From a bacterium (lineage in GTDB: Bacteria; Patescibacteriota; Minisyncoccia; Phycocordibacterales; VMGT01), in NCBI GenBank assembly GCA_023264615.1, contig JAHFLU010000003.1:1-35970 (forward strand): a stretch of 35,970 nt of DNA, written 5' to 3'. Numbering within the stretch: the stretch's first letter is position 1; the number at the start of each line of letters is the position of its first letter. Positions 28,743 through 35,970 of this stretch are shown in pieces. The position numbers were made by a program, and so were the translations under genes. Below the pieces are notes generated by a model, which was not told the origin of the DNA, did not search any database, and worked only from the letters and a program-made list of their open reading frames with translations.

Positions 28743-28746
28743 TAAC

Positions 28747-29961
28747 CTATTCAGGCAGCAACGCTCCTGCTGTGTACTTGTTCGCTGCATTCCAGAGCAT
28801 CCAAGATGTCAGACCAGCATCATACGCGGCTTGCATCTGCGCCCGCACCATCTCAGCCGTGTAGTCTGCACCAAGGTCGAAATCTTGGAGCCATGGGCGA
28901 ATCTGCCCGAAATGCACCTTCGCTTCCCGCGACTCCGGCGTCGTAGAAGCGCTCCACGCAAGCGCTTTCACTTTTTCATGCGCACGATCCATCGAAAACT
29001 TCACCACATCATAGGGTACTTTCGCAGGAGCCGGATATCCGTTGAAACCTGCCGGGTAATGCGATGGATACACCATCGGACCGATATAATCAAAATATGG
29101 CAGTGCATATTCAAGTTTCTGTCCGATGTTAAGATCATCTGCATTGGTTGTCACCATGCCAAAAAGATCCGCAGAAAGGATCGCGCCGGAACTACCGAGT
29201 TCCTGCCGCAGATATGCATAAAATTCCTTCATCACAAGCGCTTTTGTTTTTCCCTCACTAAACGGATACGCGATGTTGTACATATCACCATCCGACGGAA
29301 AACGAATATAGTCAAAATTGAGTTCGTCGAATCCGTATGCATACGCCTGCTTGCCGATCGCCACATCGTAATCCCAAGCCTCTTTGGCACCGGCATCGAT
29401 CCAGCTGATGCCTTTACGGTCTTTCCACACAGCACCATCACTTGACCGTTTGACCGCAAGATCAGGGCGCAATTTCACCAAGCGCGGATCCTGAAAAACG
29501 GAAATTCTTCCGATAACATAAATACCTTTGCTATGCAGATATTCAATAAATTCCTTAATATCAGGGATGCGTTCTTCAACAGAATCAAACTTCTTTAGAT
29601 ATGGGTCATCAACGGCAAACGCAATCATGCCCGTATAATCTTTTATATCGATTACGAGCGCATTTGCCTCGGTCGTGTTTACCAGGTTTACAACGCGATT
29701 TCGAATATCCCTCGTTCCCGCAACCCAGCTTGTCATATAGAGTGCCTTCACCGAAGGTGGTGTTGTGACGTGCGTCGCTTTCCAAACCGGTGGCAAAGGG
29801 ACAGCAGAAACAGCCGCAACTGTTTCTGCTGTACTAGCCACCGGCAGTACAGAAACTCCTGCATCGTATGAAACAATTGAAAACATCGGCAAAATAAAAT
29901 ACGCGATCGGCAAAAAACCGATCAAAGATGCGACAAACATCAGGCACTGTTTTAATTTCAT
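28747..29961 (-). CDS. Putative glycoside hydrolase, DUF4015-like, with an N-terminal TM segment
   Basis: VKALYMT, NALVIDIKD, IGRISVFQD, GFDELNFDYIRFP, IGQ, PMVYPSHY, RPWLQDF, WNAANKY. Confidence 0.85.
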   Translation of the reverse strand: MKLKQCLMFVASLIGFLPIAYFILPMFSIVSYDAGVSVLPVASTAETVAAVSAVPLPPVWKATHVTTPPSVKALYMTSWVAGTRDIRNRVVNLVNTTEANALVIDIKDYTGMIAFAVDDPYLKKFDSVEERIPDIKEFIEYLHSKGIYVIGRISVFQDPRLVKLRPDLAVKRSSDGAVWKDRKGISWIDAGAKEAWDYDVAIGKQAYAYGFDELNFDYIRFPSDGDMYNIAYPFSEGKTKALVMKEFYAYLRQELGSSGAILSADLFGMVTTNADDLNIGQKLEYALPYFDYIGPMVYPSHYPAGFNGYPAPAKVPYDVVKFSMDRAHEKVKALAWSASTTPESREAKVHFGQIRPWLQDFDLGADYTAEMVRAQMQAAYDAGLTSWMLWNAANKYTAGALLPE

Positions 29962-29973
29962 GGGTACTCCAGT

Positions 29974-30306
29974 TTATTCTGCCATATTTACCGGAGGCGT
30001 CTGTGCACTAGAGTATGGCGGCAAAACAACATCGCTTTGTGGATCTACTTTTGGGACTTTTGGACGCGGCCCTCGTGAACGACGGGGACGTTCCCGAGGG
30101 GTACTCTCAACATACACTGGCTGCTTTTCAACAATAGCTACCTCTGCAGCCCCATTTTTAAATTGTTTGCGCGCAAAAACCGAGACAACGGTAATACAAA
30201 CCCCTATAACCGTATACATGAACGTATCCCATGCCGAAGGGAACCCAAGGTGGGGGAGCAATGCAATCAAGAGGCCGGCAAAGATAAGAAATTTATACTT
30301 CGACAT
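29974..30306 (-). CDS. Small membrane protein (2 TM helices plus a basic/Pro-rich tail)
   Basis: 110-aa ORF with LPHLGFPSAWDT between two hydrophobic segments; co-oriented with its neighbours. Confidence 0.75.
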   Translation of the reverse strand: MSKYKFLIFAGLLIALLPHLGFPSAWDTFMYTVIGVCITVVSVFARKQFKNGAAEVAIVEKQPVYVESTPRERPRRSRGPRPKVPKVDPQSDVVLPPYSSAQTPPVNMAE

Positions 30307-30329
30307 GTATAAGTTATAGCATAGAAACT

Positions 30330-31031
30330 CTAAAAACCCCCAACAATAACAACAAATTCGCCTTTCACATGATCGGGGTTATTTAAAAAATATGCCGCGA
30401 CTTCGTCGGCAGAACCGGATACAATCTCTTCAAATTTTTTTGTTAATTCACGACCAATCACAATTTTTCGACTCGGACTTTCTTTTAAATATTCTGCAAG
30501 TGTTGTCAATGTTTTTTCTATTCTGTGCGGTGATTCGTACAAAACAACCGTGCGCTCACATGCCGTAATTTCTTTAAAAAGAGTTTCCCTTCCCTTTTTG
30601 TGTGGTAGAAATCCCAAAAAAAGAAAACTTGAGCTTGGAATACCACTGGCAGAAAGTGCTGCAAGTGCGGCACTTGCACCCGGTATAGGCACCACCCGCA
30701 CTTCCCCATTCGGAGGATTGCCGAACCTCGCATAAATTTGTTCGATGAGAAGCGACCCGGGATCAGAAATAGTCGGCGTACCAGCGTCACAGACAAGTGC
30801 CACAGTATTGCCTTCTCCAAGAAAATCGAGAATTTTCTCTGCTTTTCTTGTAGTGCTCTGCGCATGATATGAATCAACGCGGGTATGAATGTCGTATGCA
30901 GAAAGCAACTTGCGCGTCTCTCGTGTATCTTCACAGAGAATAAGATCAACCTCCTTAAGAATACGAATTGCTCGAAGCGTTATATCTTCGAGATTTCCAA
31001 TTGGTGTTGCTACCACATAGATAATTGACAT
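30330..31031 (-). CDS. rsmI: 16S rRNA (cytidine1402-2'-O)-methyltransferase
   Basis: Start at ATG 31031. YVVATPIGNLEDITLRA, CEDTR, DAGTPTISDPG, GFLP, YESPHR, RELTKKFEE, KGEFV. Confidence 0.96.
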   Translation of the reverse strand: MSIIYVVATPIGNLEDITLRAIRILKEVDLILCEDTRETRKLLSAYDIHTRVDSYHAQSTTRKAEKILDFLGEGNTVALVCDAGTPTISDPGSLLIEQIYARFGNPPNGEVRVVPIPGASAALAALSASGIPSSSFLFLGFLPHKKGRETLFKEITACERTVVLYESPHRIEKTLTTLAEYLKESPSRKIVIGRELTKKFEEIVSGSADEVAAYFLNNPDHVKGEFVVIVGGF

Positions 31032-31038
31032 ATCAGAA

Positions 31039-31067
31039 ATTTTATACTGTAATATACAAAAAGTCAA
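31039..31067 (-). promoter_or_regulatory. sigma70 promoter of rsmI (probably leaderless)
   Basis: TTGACT-17 nt-TAAAAT-7 nt-ATG. Confidence 0.65.
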
Positions 31068-31148
31068 CGCTGCCTCGCTCGTTTGTAACGCACCCTAATT
31101 TTGTGATATACTTTTTTGTTAGTCTCAACACATAGGGAGGTGTCAGCC

Positions 31149-31334
31149 GTGGAAACGCTCTGTGGTCTTGGTTTGTTCACTGTGATAATTGCGAGCGGAC
31201 TGTACTTCATTGGAAAACAAGTGCCAGTTCCAACGGATCAGCCAACATCAGAAACAATTCTCTCCCCTCCTCGTTCTTCAATGCTTTCCTTGCATAAGGC
31301 TATGTTATGCAAACGTGGAATCGATACACTCTAA
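31149..31334 (+). CDS. Small single-pass membrane protein, 61 aa
   Basis: AGGGAGG lies 8 nt before GTG 31149, with TG-A-TATACT further upstream. N-terminal hydrophobic helix LCGLGLFTVIIASGLYFIG. Confidence 0.6.
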   Translation: METLCGLGLFTVIIASGLYFIGKQVPVPTDQPTSETILSPPRSSMLSLHKAMLCKRGIDTL

Positions 31335-31342
31335 GAGCCTGT

Positions 31343-32677
31343 CTAAGCCTCCACCGGTCCCATGCCTTTCGCATGGGACTTCTTCCTTTTCAACAGCGCA
31401 TCACCAACTTTGAATATGTCTCCCGCGCCCATCGTGATAACAATATCAGTTTCTCCCGTACCGTTTTCTAAATATGAAATAACCTCTTCAAATCCACCCA
31501 TATACATCGTTTCACCGCAAACATTTGCGATTGCATCTGCTACTATCTCTCCGGAAATTTCCGGATCAGGATCCTCTCGCGCAGCATAAATCGGTGTGAT
31601 GATCACAGTATCCGCATCTTTAAATGCCCCCGTGAATCCCTCGAAGAGTAATTTCGTTCTGCTGTAGAGATGCGGCTGAAACACTACGGTAATACGTTTT
31701 TCAGGAAATATCTCTCGCGCACCCTGGAGAGCAGCTCTTACTTTCTGCGGATTATGAGCGTAGTCGTCGTACACAACCGCACCATTCTCCATCGTTCCTT
31801 TGTATTCAAATCTGCGCCATGTACCTTCAAACTCTGCGAGCGATTTTTTAAGAACGACATCGGCAATATCCAAAATCTTTCCAACAGCGTATGCAGCAGA
31901 AGCATTCATACGATTATGTTCGCCAGCAACCTTGAGCTGCATGCCATCTTGTCGATACTGCGTATAGTCAACAACGCTTGCAGAAAGACCCTGCACAACG
32001 GGAGACACGTGCTTATCCCGAGCATTGCATATCACGTAGCCATCTTTCGGCACACGCTCTGCCAATTCTCGAAACGTAGCTTGTATCTCTCCCAGATCTT
32101 TATAAAAATCCAGATGGTCTTCATCAATATTATTGATCACCAAAATATTCGGGTGCAGATGCAGAAATGATTTTTTGTACTCGTCTGCTTCTACAACAAA
32201 ATAATCACTCTTTCCTCCAATAAAATTACTGTTCTCTGCTTTCAAAAGACTCCCTACAACAACCGTCGGGTCAAGCCCGCCGTCCCGAAGGATTCCCGCA
32301 ATCATTGCTGTTGTTGTCGTTTTTCCATGAGTTCCCGATACCGCAATCGTATACTTTCCTTGCGAAACTATCCCAAGCATTTCGGGATATGAAAGCACAG
32401 GAATATTCCTCGCATACGCTGCACGTAATTCGGGATTATTCTGTGCGAGCGCATTCGTATACACAACACAGTCAGCATTATGCGGTATGTTCTCTCCTGC
32501 ATGGCCAAACCGCACTGCCACACCGAGTTTAATCAATTCATCCGTAACCTTCCCTGCGCTGCGATCAGACCCACTCACCCGTTTTCCTGACAACAGCATC
32601 ATGCGTGCAAGCGCCGAGACACCAATCCCACCAATGCCGATAAAATGCACTGCTTTGAACTTTTGAATATCTATCAT
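31343..32677 (-). CDS. murC: UDP-N-acetylmuramate--L-alanine ligase
   Basis: HFIGIGGIGVSALA, GTHGKTTTT, EADE, DHLD, RRFE, DDYAHNP, FQPHLYSRT, MGAGDI. Confidence 0.96.
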   Translation of the reverse strand: MIDIQKFKAVHFIGIGGIGVSALARMMLLSGKRVSGSDRSAGKVTDELIKLGVAVRFGHAGENIPHNADCVVYTNALAQNNPELRAAYARNIPVLSYPEMLGIVSQGKYTIAVSGTHGKTTTTAMIAGILRDGGLDPTVVVGSLLKAENSNFIGGKSDYFVVEADEYKKSFLHLHPNILVINNIDEDHLDFYKDLGEIQATFRELAERVPKDGYVICNARDKHVSPVVQGLSASVVDYTQYRQDGMQLKVAGEHNRMNASAAYAVGKILDIADVVLKKSLAEFEGTWRRFEYKGTMENGAVVYDDYAHNPQKVRAALQGAREIFPEKRITVVFQPHLYSRTKLLFEGFTGAFKDADTVIITPIYAAREDPDPEISGEIVADAIANVCGETMYMGGFEEVISYLENGTGETDIVITMGAGDIFKVGDALLKRKKSHAKGMGPVEA

Positions 32678-34014
32678 GCTCGTAGTGATTGTATCATGGC
32701 TCTAAATTGGTCTCCGCGGTCATATTCATTTTTGAACATACCAAACGAGGCAAACGCCGGACTAAACAAAATAATATCTCCTTTCGCCGCTTTCCTGAAT
32801 GCAGCATCAACCGCATCTTTAAGCGTTCCCACTTCCACAATATCAAGCTTCTTGTATTTGTGTACCAAAGCGCTAATACGCTCCGTTCCGCTTCCAGGAA
32901 GAAGTACGACAGTTTTGCAAAAAAGTGGTAACTGGCTGATAAGTTTTTTCATATCAAGCTTTTTGTCGTGGCCACCAAGAATTAAAAGAACATTTTTTTT
33001 CTGACCAACAGCCTGTAGCGCAGCAAGCGTTGCATCGGGTGTTGTTGCACAGGTATCGTTATACACTAATTTTCCCCCCACATCTTTAAGCCGTTCCAGA
33101 CGACCAGGAACTCCGGGGAAATTTTCTACCGTTTTTTTCGCAACTGCAAGAGGTATACCCATCTTTTTTGCAACGGCAATCGCAAGTGCGACGTTGGCAC
33201 AAAAATGCGCCCCAGGAACCCGCAGCTTCCATGACCGCGGAACTGCACCTGCTCCAACCACAAGAGAGCGCTTCGCGTGAACACGATACTTCTTTTTAAT
33301 CACAGGAAAAACTTGTTCTCCCGTAATAAGTACATCCTCTTTCTTCTGAAACTTAAAAATGCATGCTTTGTCTTCAAAATACAGCTTTCGGTCATTGTGA
33401 TAATAATCAAGATGATCATCAAGAAAGTTTGTAAACACTGCGATATGCGGGGAAATCTTTGCATCACCAAATCCCTGCAGTTGCCATGAATCAAGCTCCA
33501 GAACAACAATGTCTCCTCTTTTTATTTTCTTGATAAGCGGCAGCGTCGCCATACCACGAATGTTGCCACCGAGATAGACGCGCTTCCCTGCAGCCTTGAG
33601 AATTTCGTAGATGAGATATGTTGTCGTTGTCTTTCCTCGCGTACCCGTAATGCCCACAATAGTCACCTCGTTTGCAAGACGTACAAAAAGAGATGCGTCC
33701 ATTTCAATCGGTATCCCACACTTTCGTGCATGCGCAATATACGGAGAATCGAGCGGCACACGTGCTGCTTTGAGCACCATGTCGCATTTTTCAAAATCTT
33801 CGAGACGGTGCTTTCCGAAAACATATTTGATCTTGCGATAGTGCTTAAGTTCTGCAACAGATGTCACCAAATCTTTCTTTGACTTCATATCTGTAATAAG
33901 GAGAGTAGCACCGCATTCTATCAAAAATTTGGCATCATGTAACCCGCGCCCAAGAAGACCAAGGCCGAGCATAGTGATTTTCTTTCCCCTAAAATGTTTC
34001 GCATAATCCGGCAT
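32674..34014 (-). CDS. murD: UDP-N-acetylmuramoyl-L-alanine--D-glutamate ligase
   Basis: GLGLLG, GITGTRGKTTT, GGNI, LELDSWQL, DHLDY, SPAFASFGMFKNEYDRG. Confidence 0.93.
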   Translation of the reverse strand: MPDYAKHFRGKKITMLGLGLLGRGLHDAKFLIECGATLLITDMKSKKDLVTSVAELKHYRKIKYVFGKHRLEDFEKCDMVLKAARVPLDSPYIAHARKCGIPIEMDASLFVRLANEVTIVGITGTRGKTTTTYLIYEILKAAGKRVYLGGNIRGMATLPLIKKIKRGDIVVLELDSWQLQGFGDAKISPHIAVFTNFLDDHLDYYHNDRKLYFEDKACIFKFQKKEDVLITGEQVFPVIKKKYRVHAKRSLVVGAGAVPRSWKLRVPGAHFCANVALAIAVAKKMGIPLAVAKKTVENFPGVPGRLERLKDVGGKLVYNDTCATTPDATLAALQAVGQKKNVLLILGGHDKKLDMKKLISQLPLFCKTVVLLPGSGTERISALVHKYKKLDIVEVGTLKDAVDAAFRKAAKGDIILFSPAFASFGMFKNEYDRGDQFRAMIQSLRA

Positions 34015-34021
34015 GGCCGCA

Positions 34022-34050
34022 ATTTTACGCGAACATCACATAAATGCAAA
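34022..34050 (-). promoter_or_regulatory. Putative promoter of murD-murC (probably leaderless)
   Basis: TTTGCA/TTGCAT-16 to 17 nt-TAAAAT-7 nt-ATG 34014. Confidence 0.5.
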
Positions 34051-34078
34051 TGAGGCAACAGCATCGCTGTCGCCTCAT
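34050..34078 (-). terminator. Hairpin at the end of the 78-aa ORF
   Basis: 13-bp stem with one G.U pair on the minus strand and a 3-nt loop; weak U-tract. Confidence 0.5.
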
Positions 34079-34311
34079 GTGTTCTCATGATGAAAAGTGG
34101 GACTAGCGACCATGAACACATTCTTATCTTCATCGGAGATGTAAACGATATGTCCTGCGTATAATCCGCCAACAACCCTCCATCGTGCAATACCAGAGGG
34201 TAAGATAATCTCAAACCGCACAACCGTCCATACAATCGCAACTCCCGTCGGAACAAGGTCATACTCCGTCCGAAACATCGACATCGGCTTCCAAAGGATT
34301 TCAAGAGCCAT
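34075..34311 (-). CDS. Small hypothetical protein, 78 aa
   Basis: AAGGAG lies 6 nt before ATG 34311. TTGTCT-18-TATAGT with TGn upstream and a hairpin downstream. Confidence 0.55.
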   Translation of the reverse strand: MALEILWKPMSMFRTEYDLVPTGVAIVWTVVRFEIILPSGIARWRVVGGLYAGHIVYISDEDKNVFMVASPTFHHENT

Positions 34312-34688
34312 GGGCATCTCCTTCCAAAGGCACTATAACACTCTTCGAGCAAAGGAGACAATGTACCCCCGAGGAGGCCGTCGGCTTTCCCTATGTGGTG
34401 TATTTTTTGTCGATTATATCTAACGACTGTTCAATCTTTCAGAATTTTCGCTTCAAGTACAGGGAGCAATACCAGCCGGGATAAAATCCGTTCGAAAAAA
34501 TAACCACAAACATATATTGGACATACACAACCACTCATGTTACTTTTTTCGAAGTCGGTACATTTTGAAAAAATGCAGAAACCTCAAATCTCTCGCGTGC
34601 GTTGACCAAAAACTGCCCGAAAAATACTCTCACAACAGAGTCTCCATCCACCCACAAGTTGAAAACCTTCTCATTCAGCGAAAGAAAA

Positions 34689-35420
34689 ATGATGACAGAC
34701 AAGACGCTCGAATCAATCTCGCTTTGGTATAAATATAAAACGGCCGTATGGCTGAAAGAGTCTGCAGAAACTACTGTTGTACATAACATCATGCGTGTAC
34801 TACGTGCTATACACGGGTCAAGCGATCTTGCGTATGCAAGCATTCCAGTAACATCAGGAAGGTTTCTCTATGAACTCAAACAACGCAAACCGCTCGTGCT
34901 CGCAAATATCCAGATTGAAGAGGCGATCAAACACAATTATTCTTTCGGATGGAAATTCGTCGAAGATATTCGTGCACGCAGAACATGCCCTGTCATTTTT
35001 CCCGCAGATCTCATACCGGTGCACCAGAAGTGGGAGCAGGTACATTTCCAAAGTTTATGGTTAAGCATTATCGCTGAAAAATGTACCGAGGTTCACATGG
35101 CGCACGGATGGGAATACAGCAATGGAGCATCGGAAGAATTTACACATGTTATGCAACTCAAACTTGGTCTTCCAAAACACGATAATCTCGTCTTTTGGAA
35201 CACGAAAGGGCTCTGGGAAGTGGAGTGCGAAAGAATGCGAAATATCCTTGTATATGACGACACTGGCCGAGTGCTCTCACTCAGTCGCGGTTGCAAGCTC
35301 ATTGAGAAATCCCTTGCATGGATCAAGAAAAATAATTTCTCCGCACCTGTGATCAAGAACTGTCTCGATCTACTTCGACTCACCGAGAATATGCTCACAC
35401 AAAATTTCTATCAACAGTAA
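34689..35420 (+). CDS. DUF4406 / nucleoside 2-deoxyribosyltransferase-like domain protein
   Basis: ATG 34689. YASIPVTSG...N...VIFPA...CTEVHMAHGWEYSNGASEE resembles the DUF4406 pattern YxSxPxTG...xxGWExSxGAxxE. Confidence 0.6.
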   Translation: MMTDKTLESISLWYKYKTAVWLKESAETTVVHNIMRVLRAIHGSSDLAYASIPVTSGRFLYELKQRKPLVLANIQIEEAIKHNYSFGWKFVEDIRARRTCPVIFPADLIPVHQKWEQVHFQSLWLSIIAEKCTEVHMAHGWEYSNGASEEFTHVMQLKLGLPKHDNLVFWNTKGLWEVECERMRNILVYDDTGRVLSLSRGCKLIEKSLAWIKKNNFSAPVIKNCLDLLRLTENMLTQNFYQQ

Positions 35421-35496
35421 AAACTTAACCGCCCCCTTTCGGATTCGGATATCGAGGGGTAATGTTTTTTGAAACCACTTCGACTGCTCGACTTTG

Positions 35497-35578
35497 TGGG
35501 CGCGGAGAGATTTGAACTCTCAAGCCTTGCGGCATACGGTTCTGAACCGTACGCGTATACCAATTCCGCCACGCGCCC
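35497..35578 (-). tRNA. tRNA-Leu(CAG); CCA end not encoded
   Basis: GGGCGCG acceptor stem, TGGCGGAATTGGTATACGC D-arm, TACGG-TTCAGAA-CCGTA anticodon arm, long variable arm (GCC-GCAA-GGC), GAGAG-TTCAAAT-CTCTC T-arm and discriminator A. Confidence 0.96.
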
Positions 35579-35621
35579 ATTTCACTGCGCCAAATATTTT
35601 TTGGCGCAGTATCTTTATATT

Positions 35622-35969
35622 TTACATATCCACAGCATACCACGCAGGTACGCAGAGAGATTTTGGATCTTTACCATCCCAGCTGATTTCTCCCGTTACA
35701 ACCAAATTCGATATATACGGTTGCCAAACGTGCTCTACTTCATTCACTCGATGTGCAAGAGTTACAATGGTATCTTCCGGTAGTATTGGCACACTTTTTC
35801 GAAAAAAAATGGGACCCTTGTCATACCGCGCCGTAACGAAATGCATACAAACCGCACTCTTTCTAATCTCTCCCCGTCGATATGCTTCGAGCACTGCCGC
35901 ATGTACACGTGCACCATAAAAGCCCCTTCCGCCAAATTTCGGCAAAGGACCAGGATGGATATTGATCGT
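35622..35969 (-). CDS. Formyltransferase, PurN-like (5' end outside the window)
   Basis: The frame is open to the window edge: TINIHPGPLPKFGGRGFYG..VH.AV...MHFVTARYDKGPI...EH. Confidence 0.8.
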   Translation of the reverse strand, partial: TINIHPGPLPKFGGRGFYGARVHAAVLEAYRRGEIRKSAVCMHFVTARYDKGPIFFRKSVPILPEDTIVTLAHRVNEVEHVWQPYISNLVVTGEISWDGKDPKSLCVPAWYAVDM

Positions 35970-35970
35970 T

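Noticed and set aside
28549-29445. 298-aa plus-strand ORF as a possible transposase for the adjacent element
   Set aside because: It is antisense to the DUF4015 gene and has no DDE or HUH motifs.
33040-33065. MurD NDTCATT instead of NDSKATN
   Set aside because: All other MurD motifs are intact; most likely lineage-level divergence.
1-35970. CRISPR array, integron attC array, DGR/retron, prophage, or TGA recoding (code 25)
   Set aside because: I saw no regularly spaced repeats and no integrase, reverse transcriptase or phage structural genes. TGA ends full-length genes with ATGA overlaps.

Overview
About 36 kb of bacterial chromosome using genetic code 11 (TGA is a stop, with several ATGA/TGATG gene overlaps). 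The gene content points to a Patescibacteria/CPR (Parcubacteria-like) genome: a short UDP-glucose dehydrogenase, a lone VirD4/TraG-like ATPase, a DUF4015 hydrolase, a lamin-tail/PKD surface protein and few SD sites. This assignment is inference, not a database result. Bases 1-22.6 kb are a large surface-glycan locus: nine GT4 domains (one fused to GT9), two TagF-like GT-B proteins, a 2OG-Fe(II) dioxygenase, a Nudix-like protein, a sugar C-methyltransferase, two gmd paralogs, an SDR epimerase/reductase, a truncated UGDH and a UDP-glucuronate decarboxylase. Bases 22.6-36 kb carry a surface protein, nagZ, the coupling-type ATPase, a DUF4015 protein, rsmI, murC, murD, a DUF4406/NDT-like gene, tRNA-Leu(CAG) and the 3' end of a PurN-like formyltransferase. 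The most unusual signals are: (i) a small-ORF plus structured-RNA unit at ~24.8-25.1 kb carrying a 17-nt complement of the canonical 16S rRNA 3' tail in front of a strong terminator; (ii) highly structured MITE-like elements at gene ends; (iii) a perfect 33-bp inverted repeat; (iv) three GT4 paralogs with QX7E instead of EX7E; (v) apparently leaderless core genes alongside SD-led orphan genes. All functional calls rest on motifs read by eye; no searches were run.
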